Assembly (NCBI GenBank): GCA_031431315.1
Contig: JANPDE010000456.1
Location: forward strand, 1-60,224
Source: Haliea sp.
GTDB lineage: Bacteria > Pseudomonadota > Gammaproteobacteria > Pseudomonadales > Halieaceae
Length of the DNA: 60,224 nucleotides
Direction of reading: 5' to 3'
Shown here: in pieces, positions 28,844-38,095 of the stretch
How the letters are laid out: each line of letters begins with the position of its first letter
Numbering within the stretch: the first letter of the stretch is position 1
Made by a program: the position numbers and the translations under genes
Notes under the pieces: model-generated
Database searches by the model: none
The model's input: only the letters and a program-made list of their open reading frames with translations
What the model was told of the DNA's origin: nothing

Positions 28844-30580
28844 TTAGTTTAAATCCATCGACATGTTCAAAACCAGAATGGACCTTATCGCGGTAGTTAT
28901 ATCCACTATCAGTTCCTCCGGCGTTCCTGATTCTCTACGCGCTATTTTGTCCAGCAAAATATTTAGTTTAGCCCAGTCAATAAACGGGTTGTCCCTCGCG
29001 CCGGCCGGATGATCCGCATGCCACCGGGACAGGGCATCAACGCATATCTGAATGGCTTTCGCTATACGAACGGGTTCATTTTTGTGGATTGAAGCCCAGA
29101 CCTCCTGTGGTAAAAGGTCTCGTACTACATAGCGAAAAAGATATCGGGGATGGCCCTTGCGACGAAACATTTGTGCAGGTAGTCCCAACGCAAATTCCAC
29201 AATTCGCTTATCTAACAGCGGATAACGATACTCCACGCCAGCCCGCCGACCAGAGGCAGCCCAGGACTCCAGTCGACATAACACATGTCCCGCTTCCCAA
29301 TAGGCCAGCTGACTCTTTCGAACGGAATACCTGGGGTGCTGATCTACCGCGAAGGGCAGTGCACGAGCGCATTCAGCCAGGGCAGCAGACGCGGCACCCA
29401 GATAATCGGGTACGACCTGCCTTGAGATTAATCTCCGGGGCAGAAATGGCATCAATAGTTCGCGGCAAGCCAACGAAAAAAAGCTGCGAAAATGGTGATC
29501 ATTTTCGGCAGTCGCATGCCAAAGGTCGCGCAGGGTCGACAGCAGATTTCCCGCTAAAAGAGTTTCCGCATAGCGTTGATTTCCGTAATGTGTAATCAAC
29601 TCATCGCCGCCCCAGCCGGACAGAATTATTGAGCCTCCACTCGCGACTACTTCTTCCCTGACTGCGAACTCATACCAGCAATCCGCGGTATCACCGCCTG
29701 CTATGTTCAAATTCCGGAGCAACGACAGCATGCTGTCACTGTTGAATTCACAATAGTGCAAGTCAATATCGTACCGATTGGCTACGGATATCCCGGTGGC
29801 CCATTCCGGGTCGAGTGCCTCGGATGCGTTTTGCGGGGGAGCCAACCAACTGTATCCGGTGACAGAGGGTCCAGCTTTAGTCGCCTGCATTGCTGCCAGT
29901 GCTGCGATTGCAGAGGAATCGAGCCCGCCACTGAGGTGGACAGCCAGAGCGCCATGCCTGGGGATCCGGCAAGCAACCGCCTCCAGTAGTAGCTGGTGCA
30001 GCCTATCGGCGTAATCCTTCAGGGTAGGCAACATTACTCCAGGGCTATCCTCGGGGCGCCAGTAGATCCATTCCCTGATTTGACTGTCCTCGACGGTCAT
30101 GGCGCTGGCCCGGGGGAGCTTTCTTACTTTGTCGAAAAATGTCAGTCTGGAATCACGCAACTCACCATCGCGTAGATATAACGCCACCGCTTCGCGACAA
30201 ACACGCTTGGGTACAGGGCCACAATTTGTAATCGCAGATATGTCATCGGAGACAATCGCTGTAGCGTCATCTGCAAAGAAGTAGAAAGGCACTACGCCAA
30301 TATGGTCTCGGGCACAGAACACCCAATCATTAACCGGATCATCAATTGCGAACGCAAAATCACCCAGCAGGAATTCAGGGGTTTTTACTCCCCATTTCTG
30401 GTATGCAAGGAGGATAAGGGCATCATCAGAAAGGGCGTTAAGCGCCAGTGAAGGTATGCACAGCAGCTGGGCTAACTCGGCTCGATTGTCCAGCCGCGCT
30501 TTCGCGTCTATCGTTAGGGTTCTGGTAGCGGGAAGTGCAATTGAACGATGGGATCGTTGCCTCGCGAAACGGCCGAACAT
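28844..30580 (-). CDS. Lasso cyclase (asparagine-synthetase-like) C2
   Basis: No N-terminal Cys and shortened Ntn domain; ARLDNR, GDFAF, HLSGGLDSS, SGWGGDE, RYPLLDKR; 36 bp downstream of precursor A2. Confidence 0.85.
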   Translation of the reverse strand: MFGRFARQRSHRSIALPATRTLTIDAKARLDNRAELAQLLCIPSLALNALSDDALILLAYQKWGVKTPEFLLGDFAFAIDDPVNDWVFCARDHIGVVPFYFFADDATAIVSDDISAITNCGPVPKRVCREAVALYLRDGELRDSRLTFFDKVRKLPRASAMTVEDSQIREWIYWRPEDSPGVMLPTLKDYADRLHQLLLEAVACRIPRHGALAVHLSGGLDSSAIAALAAMQATKAGPSVTGYSWLAPPQNASEALDPEWATGISVANRYDIDLHYCEFNSDSMLSLLRNLNIAGGDTADCWYEFAVREEVVASGGSIILSGWGGDELITHYGNQRYAETLLAGNLLSTLRDLWHATAENDHHFRSFFSLACRELLMPFLPRRLISRQVVPDYLGAASAALAECARALPFAVDQHPRYSVRKSQLAYWEAGHVLCRLESWAASGRRAGVEYRYPLLDKRIVEFALGLPAQMFRRKGHPRYLFRYVVRDLLPQEVWASIHKNEPVRIAKAIQICVDALSRWHADHPAGARDNPFIDWAKLNILLDKIARRESGTPEELIVDITTAIRSILVLNMSMDLN

Positions 30581-30616
30581 CTAGCAGCTATCTTTTTACC
30601 ACCTCGAAAATCGTTA

Positions 30617-30805
30617 TCAGGAACAGCCGAGGGTCATCTGACCAGGAGCGCACGGTGCCAAAAAATTGAAGAAGTTTTCGCCACCCGGAATAAAGGTACC
30701 ATTTGCAGTTTCACTCAAGCCTAAAGTGCTTACAACGGGCGTAGTCCACACTTTTTTGGTCACGGGTCCCGAGTCGCGGCGCTCAATGTTTACTTGATTA
30801 CTCAT
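30617..30805 (-). CDS. Lasso precursor A2 (62 aa); predicted core NGTFIPGGENFFNFLAPCAPGQMTLGCS
   Basis: Leader KKVWTTPVVSTLGLSETA is paeninodin-like (KKxWxxPxxxxLxxxxT) with Thr at -2; Glu9 acceptor; GAGGTGA RBS. Confidence 0.82.
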   Translation of the reverse strand: MSNQVNIERRDSGPVTKKVWTTPVVSTLGLSETANGTFIPGGENFFNFLAPCAPGQMTLGCS

Positions 30806-30942
30806 GGCTCACCTCTCACCTTTCACCGCTCACGAAATTCCATCTCGTAGTCTACACAATACTTACTCAAATCCTATAGCACAAAAAATCGGTACTGCCA
30901 ACTTAACTTCTCAGGTCCTGGAGTCATTGGGGTCTCAGCTCT

Positions 30943-30954
30943 CAAGCTACCGCC
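30943..30954 (-). promoter_or_regulatory. ops element (RfaH recruitment site) GGCGGTAGCTTG
   Basis: Exact GGCGGTAGnnTG match, intergenic, on the coding strand about 140 nt upstream of precursor A2; rfaH homolog in the cluster. Confidence 0.55.
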
Positions 30955-31049
30955 CTTCTCCATTCGGTACGCCCTCGGATTCCTGTAGTGCTCTGAATGG
31001 TGGGCGCCTTTTGTGCGTTTATCCTGGAAGTCCCTCGCGCATAGTCTGA

Positions 31050-32156
31050 TCAGTAACAGTGCTCAAGCGCGCTGTGCATTGCAGCGGCAACGTTATCTAC
31101 CTCTGACATCGACAGGTGCGGCCCAATGGGCAGACTTAATACTTCGCGCGCCAGGCGATCGGCGACCGGCCACTTGCCGGCACTGCCATGTATTTCGACA
31201 TAAGCTTTTTGCCTGAAGGGTGGAATCGGATAGTGAATCAGTGTCGCGATGCCTGCGTCGCTGAGTCGCGCTTGCAATTCATCCCTGTGTGTCGAGGAAA
31301 TGACATAGAGGTGCCATGCGTGTACTGACTCGGGACTCGCCTCCGGCAATGTCAGTGGCAGGCCCGCCAGCTTTGCTGCATAGCGTTGCGCAATTAGCGC
31401 TCGCCTGTCGTTCCATGACCGAAGATGGCGCAGCTTCACCGAGAGAATGGCGGCCTGTATCGGATCGAGACGGCTGTTTACCCCTTTTTCGTCATTCACA
31501 TACTTTCTTGATGACCCGTAGTTGCGCAGTTCACTAATACGCCGGGCAAGGCCTTCATCATCCGTGGTAATTGCCCCGGCATCGCCAAACGCGCCCAGGT
31601 TCTTGCCGGGGTAAAAGCTCCAGGCCACGATATCGGCTGACTTGCCGATCATGGTTCCGCCAGTGGCAGCGCCGTGCGCCTGCGCTGCGTCTTCTACCAT
31701 GCGCAGCCTATGCTTGAGACATATTTTTCGCAGCGCCGGGATATCCGCTGGATGGCCGTAAAGGTGCACCGGCAGTAACACCTTGGTGCGGGTTGTGATG
31801 GCGGCTTCCACCAAAATCGGGTCAATACAGTGTGTGACCGGGTTTGCCTCGACAGGCACAATCGTTGCGCCAACCGCGCTCACCGCGAGCCAGGTCGCGA
31901 TATACGTATTGGCGGGGACGATGACTTCATCACCGGGACCTATGTCCAGCGCGCGCAGGGAGAGAACCAGGGCGTCGAGACCGTTGCCAACGCCAACGCA
32001 GTATCTGGAGGTCACAAACTCGGCAAATTCGCGTTCAAATGCCGTAACCTCATCTCCCAAGATATACCACCCCGAGTCCAGAACGCGTGCGACGGCCTCA
32101 TCAATCTCGGCTTTCAATTCAGTGTAGGTGCTTCTTAACTCGAGAAAGGGTATCAA
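31050..32156 (-). CDS. DegT/DnrJ/EryC1/StrS sugar aminotransferase (FdtB/QdtB-like)
   Basis: [36 protein letters not shown] (PLP Lys). Confidence 0.92.
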   Translation of the reverse strand: MIPFLELRSTYTELKAEIDEAVARVLDSGWYILGDEVTAFEREFAEFVTSRYCVGVGNGLDALVLSLRALDIGPGDEVIVPANTYIATWLAVSAVGATIVPVEANPVTHCIDPILVEAAITTRTKVLLPVHLYGHPADIPALRKICLKHRLRMVEDAAQAHGAATGGTMIGKSADIVAWSFYPGKNLGAFGDAGAITTDDEGLARRISELRNYGSSRKYVNDEKGVNSRLDPIQAAILSVKLRHLRSWNDRRALIAQRYAAKLAGLPLTLPEASPESVHAWHLYVISSTHRDELQARLSDAGIATLIHYPIPPFRQKAYVEIHGSAGKWPVADRLAREVLSLPIGPHLSMSEVDNVAAAMHSALEHCY

Positions 32157-33046
32157 TGTCCTACACCTTTCTCACGCAGGTAATCGCCGTAATTCCGTAT
32201 GTAATCCTTGGGGTCATAGTAATTCGATGCAAATACCAGCAGCACGCCATCTGCCGAGTACTTGTACTGATTCGCCCATACGCCGGGAGGAATGTAGAGT
32301 CCCAGCGTTGGCGAATCGAGTAATATCTCTTCGCGATTAACACCATCATCAACAACGACACTGACAGACCCTGTCACGCAGGTCAAAAATTGCTGGCACT
32401 CGCGGTGCGCATGCTCACCTCTGGTTTCCGCGCTGGGCACATCGTAGACAAGGAAATAGCGCTTTGGCCTGAATGGGACGTTCCGGGAAAATTCACCGAC
32501 GGAAAGATCACCGCGTAAATCACGTATCCGCTTGAACCGGTGGATAGTCACACCGGCAACTGAACAGGTGTTGACTCCAGGCTCTTCCGAAGCTTGAACG
32601 GGCGCATTGGCAAGATCGCTGCTGCCGCCACTTGAATAGCCGATGATGACGCCCGGGTTGCCGTGCACAATGGCATAAGGCGGAATGCACCTGGAAACAA
32701 TTGTGCCTGGCGCTATTCTTGCGTTCATGCCAATGGTAATACCGCAGATCAGTACACTGCCGGCTCCTACATGGACATTGGGCTCGATGGTTATCGCTGC
32801 AGGAGTGGCTGCGGCGCCAGTGTCGTGAAAGTCATTGGCGATGCAGACTCCAGGCTCCAAGGTGCAGTTTTCGCCAATCTCCAACGTGCCAATCAACGTA
32901 ATACCGCCCAGCAAAACAGCTCCCTTGGCAATAGAGATGTCACCATCGATATAACAATTCGGGCCTACGTTTGCATCAGCATCGATATGTACTCTGGGTG
33001 AGATATAAGACGATGGATGATGGCCGACGGGTGACTGCTCTTTCAT
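32153..33046 (-). CDS. WxcM-like bifunctional LbH acetyltransferase / cupin 3,4-ketoisomerase
   Basis: N-terminal hexapeptide repeats; C-terminal DLRGDL, RGEHAH, YIRNY of the FdtA cupin. Confidence 0.85.
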   Translation of the reverse strand: MKEQSPVGHHPSSYISPRVHIDADANVGPNCYIDGDISIAKGAVLLGGITLIGTLEIGENCTLEPGVCIANDFHDTGAAATPAAITIEPNVHVGAGSVLICGITIGMNARIAPGTIVSRCIPPYAIVHGNPGVIIGYSSGGSSDLANAPVQASEEPGVNTCSVAGVTIHRFKRIRDLRGDLSVGEFSRNVPFRPKRYFLVYDVPSAETRGEHAHRECQQFLTCVTGSVSVVVDDGVNREEILLDSPTLGLYIPPGVWANQYKYSADGVLLVFASNYYDPKDYIRNYGDYLREKGVGH

Positions 33047-33085
33047 GTTAAAGTCCAGCGCTTCTCTATGGCGATTTTCTGCAGC

Positions 33086-34390
33086 CTACCGGCCGACGCA
33101 ACTGTAGTGGAATCCGTGCGCCTGCATCGTGCTCCGTTCGTAAACATTGCGCAGATCCACGAACACATTGCCTCGCATCAACGATTTCAATCGGGCCAGA
33201 TCGAGCCCGCGGTACTGATTCCACTCCGTCATCAGGACGATGGCATCGGCATCACGGACAGTATCGTCGATGCTGTTCGCGTACTCAATGGTATCCCGTA
33301 ATTCCTTGCGGGCTTCATCCATGCCATGCGGATCGTGGGCCTTTATGCTTGCCCCCTGTGTGACCAGGGCGGGCAGAATTGTCAGGGAGGGTGCATCTCG
33401 CATGTCGTCAGTCTCGGGTTTAAACGTCAGCCCCAGTACTGCGATTGTCTTATGCGCCACACTGCCACCCAGCGCGTCTTGTATTTTCACCACCATGCGG
33501 GATTTCTGTGCGGTATTCACTGCGACAACCGCCTCCACGATTCGAGTGGGGGTGCCGGCCTCCTGGGCCATACGGATCATCGCCTGGGTGTCCTTGGGAA
33601 AGCAGGAGCCGCCATAGCCTGGCCCCGGATGCAGAAATTTCTTGCCAATGCGTGCGTCCAGCCCCATGCCTCTTGCCACCGCGTGGACATCGGCGCCAGT
33701 TTTTTCGCACAATTGCGCCACTTCATTAATGAAGCTGATTTTTGTCGCCAGGAAGGCGTTGGCTGCGTATTTGGTGATCTCAGCGCTTTCCAGGTCAGTC
33801 ACCAGGATGGGAGCCTCGATCAGGTACAGCGGCCGGTACAGTTCACGCAGCAGGGTTTCGGCCCGTTTATTCTCCACACCCAGCACGACGCGATCCGGGC
33901 GCATGAAATCGTTGATCGCCGAGCCCTCGCGCAAAAATTCGGGGTTGGAAGCGACATCGAAGTCGGCTGTCGGGTTGGCCTGTTGTATGACGCGCTTTAC
34001 CTCCCGGGCGGTTCCCACCGGCACAGTGGATTTATCCACAATAATGGTGTAACCCTGCAGGTGCTCGGCAATTTGACAAGCAGCGGCATACACATATTTA
34101 AGATCGGCGTGGCCATCGCCACGGCGGGTCGGTGTACCAACGGCAATGAAAATAAGATCTGCGTCGCCAATCCAGTCCTGGAATTTTGTAGAGAACTGCA
34201 GGCGTCCGGCCTGCATATTGCTGTGCACCAGATCTTCGAGGCCGGGTTCGTAGATCGGTATCTTGCCATGTTGCAGGGCAGCAATCTTTTCGGCATCCAC
34301 ATCCAGGCAGGTGACATTGGCGCCAAACTCGGCAAAGCAGGCCCCGGACACCAGTCCCACATAGCCCGCACCGATCATCACAACATTCAT
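33086..34390 (-). CDS. ugd: UDP-glucose 6-dehydrogenase
   Basis: [36 protein letters not shown]. Confidence 0.95.
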   Translation of the reverse strand: MNVVMIGAGYVGLVSGACFAEFGANVTCLDVDAEKIAALQHGKIPIYEPGLEDLVHSNMQAGRLQFSTKFQDWIGDADLIFIAVGTPTRRGDGHADLKYVYAAACQIAEHLQGYTIIVDKSTVPVGTAREVKRVIQQANPTADFDVASNPEFLREGSAINDFMRPDRVVLGVENKRAETLLRELYRPLYLIEAPILVTDLESAEITKYAANAFLATKISFINEVAQLCEKTGADVHAVARGMGLDARIGKKFLHPGPGYGGSCFPKDTQAMIRMAQEAGTPTRIVEAVVAVNTAQKSRMVVKIQDALGGSVAHKTIAVLGLTFKPETDDMRDAPSLTILPALVTQGASIKAHDPHGMDEARKELRDTIEYANSIDDTVRDADAIVLMTEWNQYRGLDLARLKSLMRGNVFVDLRNVYERSTMQAHGFHYSCVGR

Positions 34391-35403
34391 GGTTGTTCCT
34401 TGTGCATGTATTGCAGATACCAGGCGATAAAATTGTTGATGCCATCCTGCACCGGCGTTTGCGGCCGGTAGTCGACAGCCTCGATCAGGTCCTCAATATC
34501 CGCATAGGTGGCTGCCACATCGCCTGGCTGCATCGGCAGCAAATCCTGCTGCGCGGTTCTTCCCAGCGCCTTTTCTATTGCCGCGATAAAATCGGTCAAT
34601 AACACCGGTTTACTATTGCCAATGTTGTACAAACGGTAGGGAGCGCTGCTGGTACCGGGGTCTGGGAAGTTGGCATCCCAGGCGCGATTGGCAGTGGCAG
34701 GCGCATCGGTGACGCGGATTATGCCCTCGACGATATCGTCCACGTACGTGAAATCACGCTGCATCGCGCCGTTGTTGAATACCTTGATGGGTTCTCCTGC
34801 CAGAATGGCTTTGGTGAACAGGAAGAGCGCCATATCGGGTCGTCCCCAAGGGCCGTACACCGTGAAAAAGCGCAGGCCCGTCGTGGGAATGCCGTATAGG
34901 TGTGAATAGGTGTGAGCCATCAGTTCATTGGCCTTCTTGCTCGCGGCGTACAGCGAGATCGGATGGTCCACGTTGTCGTGCACGGAAAAAGGCATCGCAC
35001 CGTTCATGCCGTAGACGGAACTGCTGCTGGCGTACACCAGGTGACCGATGTGGTGGTGTCGACAGCATTCCAGCACATTCATGAACCCCACAATATTGCT
35101 GTCGATATAAGCGTGGGGGTTTTCCAGCGAATAACGCACACCGGCCTGGGCGGCGAGATTGATCACGGCGTCAAAGCGGTTGTGGGCAAATAATTCCACC
35201 ATGGCAGCTCGGTCCTGCAGGTCGGCGCGAATGAAACGAAAGCCACCCTGCTTTTGTAGCCTTGCCAGGCGTGCTTCCTTCAGGCTGACAGCGTAATAGT
35301 CGTTGAGGTTGTCCAGGCCAGTGACGGTGTCGCCGCGCGCCAGTAACTTGTCGCTGAGGTGATAGCCAATAAAGCCGGCAGCGCCGGTGACCAGAATATG
35401 CAT
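34387..35403 (-). CDS. UDP-glucuronate 4-epimerase (CapI/Uge-like)
   Basis: [36 protein letters not shown]. Confidence 0.92.
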   Translation of the reverse strand: MHILVTGAAGFIGYHLSDKLLARGDTVTGLDNLNDYYAVSLKEARLARLQKQGGFRFIRADLQDRAAMVELFAHNRFDAVINLAAQAGVRYSLENPHAYIDSNIVGFMNVLECCRHHHIGHLVYASSSSVYGMNGAMPFSVHDNVDHPISLYAASKKANELMAHTYSHLYGIPTTGLRFFTVYGPWGRPDMALFLFTKAILAGEPIKVFNNGAMQRDFTYVDDIVEGIIRVTDAPATANRAWDANFPDPGTSSAPYRLYNIGNSKPVLLTDFIAAIEKALGRTAQQDLLPMQPGDVAATYADIEDLIEAVDYRPQTPVQDGINNFIAWYLQYMHKEQP

Positions 35404-35574
35404 TGGGGTGACTCTATTACGCGAGCTTGGTGCTGCATGATAAATTGTTTTGTCTGCTTTTGCATTGCATCAGAGTGTGCGCTGCCGCCCGAAATGGTGC
35501 ACCAGGGCTTCCCACATGGTGCAAACGGATATACTCTCAGTCGCTTGGTGCAATGACAATCCGGGACGAATGGA

Positions 35575-36591
35575 ATGGCCGGAACCGTATTGGTGACAGG
35601 TGGCGCAGGGTACATTGGTAGTCACGCATGTGTGGCGCTAATGGAAGCCGGTTATAAGGTGGTGATACTCGACAACCTTTGCAATAGCAGCGTGGTTGTC
35701 CTGCAGCGCCTGCAGGAAATCTGTGGTACGGCACCCATCTTCATTCGGGGAGATGTTCGCGATCAGGCTTGCCTGGAGCAGATTTTTCGCACCCATACCA
35801 TAGTTGCGGTGTTGCACTTTGCCGGCCTGAAGGCGGTCGGCGAGTCAGTGTCCATGCCACTGGAGTACTATGACAACAATGTCGCGGGCTCGCTTGCACT
35901 ACTGGCTGCCATGCGCCATGCCGGGGTTACGAACCTGGTGTTCTCCTCTTCCGCCACGGTGTATGGGGACCCGGCTACGGTTCCTATCCGCGAAGATTTT
36001 GCCCTCGCCCCAACCAGCCCGTACGGCCGCACCAAACACATGGTGGAAGTCATATTGGCGGACTGGCACCATGCGAATCCCGACTGGAGCATAGGCCGCT
36101 TACGTTATTTCAACCCGGTCGGAGCGCACCCCAGCGGACGTATTGGCGAGGATCCCCGGGGTTTCCCCAACAACCTGATGCCGTTTGTGGCGCAGGTGGC
36201 CGTGGGCCAGCGCGATAAGTTGTATGTCTTCGGCAATGACTATGCGACCCCGGATGGCACCGGTGTGCGCGACTATATCCACGTGATGGATCTGGTGGAT
36301 GGGCATGTCGTTGCATTGGATCACGTCTGCCAGCAAGGTGGATTGCATACCATTAATCTGGGTACCGGCAACGGCGTATCGGTGCTGGAAATGGTGGGTG
36401 CCTTCGAGCGCGCAAGTGGGAAATCAGTTCCCTACGAGATTGTCGCGCGTCGCCCCGGCGATATCGCTGCCTGCTGGGCTGACCCCGGCCTGGCGCTGCA
36501 ACTATTGCGGTGGAAGGCTACCCGCACACTGCAACAAATGTGTGAAGACGCCTGGCGTTGGCAAGCGGGCAATCCCACGGGCTACGCATGA
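35575..36591 (+). CDS. galE: UDP-glucose 4-epimerase
   Basis: GGAGYIGSH, HFAGLKAVGES, FSSSATVYG, YGRTK, LRYFNPVGAH. Confidence 0.95.
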   Translation: MAGTVLVTGGAGYIGSHACVALMEAGYKVVILDNLCNSSVVVLQRLQEICGTAPIFIRGDVRDQACLEQIFRTHTIVAVLHFAGLKAVGESVSMPLEYYDNNVAGSLALLAAMRHAGVTNLVFSSSATVYGDPATVPIREDFALAPTSPYGRTKHMVEVILADWHHANPDWSIGRLRYFNPVGAHPSGRIGEDPRGFPNNLMPFVAQVAVGQRDKLYVFGNDYATPDGTGVRDYIHVMDLVDGHVVALDHVCQQGGLHTINLGTGNGVSVLEMVGAFERASGKSVPYEIVARRPGDIAACWADPGLALQLLRWKATRTLQQMCEDAWRWQAGNPTGYA

Positions 36592-37355
36592 CGGCGTTTA
36601 CCCTCTCCAAACTGCTGTCACTGCTGATTTATCCCCTCAGCCTGAGTCTGCTGCTGTGCGTACTGGCCCTGATTTTTTCCGGTTTGCGCTGGCCCCGTCG
36701 CAGTTTCTATACCTTGTTGCTGGCTGTCAGCTGGTTATACCTGTGCTCCACGGCCATGTTTGCGAACTTTCTCACGGGCACGCTGGAGCGCGGATTTGTG
36801 CCCCGTGCCATGTCGGCCATCGGCACGGCGGACGCCATTGTGCTGCTGGGTGGCGCCATGCGTGGCGATACCCACATGGGCACATTGCCCGATCTCAACC
36901 AGCACGCCGACCGACTGGTGCAAGCCGTCGCACTGTATAAGGCGGGCAAAGCGCCAGTCGTAGTGCTGACCGGAGGCGGAGTTGAAGGTGCGCGGCCAGA
37001 GGCCCAGCAGATGAAAGACCTGCTGGTCATCATGGGTGTGCCGTCGCAGCATATCGTGCTGGAAAACCAGAGCCGCGACACCCACGACAATGCCGTCTAT
37101 TCGGCGCGATTGCTCAAGGCCAGGGGTATGCACCGTATCCTGCTGGTGACATCCGCCTATCACATGCGACGCTCACTGGCACTGTTCGAGGCGCAGGGGC
37201 TGGAGGTAGTGCCAGCGCCGACGGATTACCAACAACTGGTAGCCAAACAGGTCTTGCCTGATTGGCTGCCCGTCGTCAGCAACCTGTCCCAGTCTACCAA
37301 TGCCCTACACGAAATCGTGGGTTTTTGGGTCTACCGCTGGCAGGGCTGGCTGTAG
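36588..37355 (+). CDS. YdcF/ElyC (DUF218) envelope protein
   Basis: AIVLLGG, ENQSRDTHDNA, LVTSAYHMRRS, HEIVG; ATG overlaps the galE stop. Confidence 0.88.
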   Translation: MTAFTLSKLLSLLIYPLSLSLLLCVLALIFSGLRWPRRSFYTLLLAVSWLYLCSTAMFANFLTGTLERGFVPRAMSAIGTADAIVLLGGAMRGDTHMGTLPDLNQHADRLVQAVALYKAGKAPVVVLTGGGVEGARPEAQQMKDLLVIMGVPSQHIVLENQSRDTHDNAVYSARLLKARGMHRILLVTSAYHMRRSLALFEAQGLEVVPAPTDYQQLVAKQVLPDWLPVVSNLSQSTNALHEIVGFWVYRWQGWL

Positions 37356-37356
37356 C

Positions 37357-37767
37357 CTAGTGACAGTGGCGTATCTTGTATTCGCTGTAACTCAAGCCCG
37401 TCCAGCGCCGGAAGGCGCGGTAGAAGCTGTTAACCTCCAGGTAGCCTAATTCATCCGCGAGGCACTTGCCGGGGCGCCACATGGCGCGCAACACCTGCTC
37501 ACAGCGGTATTGCCGGGCGCGGTCCAGCAGGAACTGGTAGCAGGTGTGATCGGCACGCAGACGACGGCGCAGGGTGGTGCTGCTCATACCCAGCGATTCT
37601 GCGACGGAATCGGCGCGCAGGCGGGCCAGATCGCCACCGAGCAGTATCTGCAGCACCCGGTCTGTCGTGCGGGAGAGGGCGAGGTACCCGGGTTTTTCGG
37701 GCGGCGGGAGGGTATCTTCCCCGCCGTGGTGCGATAAAAGTGATTGTTCCATAGCCATAACTTCCAT
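37357..37767 (-). CDS. Small AraC-family HTH protein without a sensor domain
   Basis: VAESLGMSSTTLRRRL...LADELGYLEVNSFYRAFRRWTG; start uncertain. Confidence 0.8.
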   Translation of the reverse strand: MEVMAMEQSLLSHHGGEDTLPPPEKPGYLALSRTTDRVLQILLGGDLARLRADSVAESLGMSSTTLRRRLRADHTCYQFLLDRARQYRCEQVLRAMWRPGKCLADELGYLEVNSFYRAFRRWTGLSYSEYKIRHCH

Positions 37768-38095
37768 GTTGTGGTTTCCAGGGGTGTGTTGCCTACCGCG
37801 TGACCCGGTGTCTCTTGTCTCTGGTCTCTGGTCCTGCGCTAATCCCTGCGCTGGGTCAACGGTAACTATCAAGTTAGCACAAAATCACCGTTTTAAAAGA
37901 TGCACGGGTGGACTGAACGAATTTGGTTATTTTGTCCGCCTGCTGCCAGCGCCATCTCTATCACTACATTGACACAGTGACGTTCAGCAGCATCCTATAA
38001 TGGTGGCATGATGCAAATTACGCCCATACCATCGGTGACCACTTTGCTGCCGGCAGCCGTGTAGCAAGTCAAAGTGGACATAAATCCACTACCCA

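Noticed and set aside
33326-34471. 381-aa plus-strand ORF, and similar long antisense ORFs at 26172-27356, 18724-19686 and 22159-22854
   Set aside because: Antisense shadows of well-supported GC-rich genes with no recognisable motifs
35478-35489. GGCGGCAGCGCA ops-like sequence upstream of the UDP-GlcA epimerase
   Set aside because: Lacks the key T of GGTAG and the terminal TG
37809-37836. Imperfect 7-bp GTCTCT(G/T)G repeats upstream of the AraC gene
   Set aside because: Only 3-4 degenerate units; too short to call a contingency locus or array
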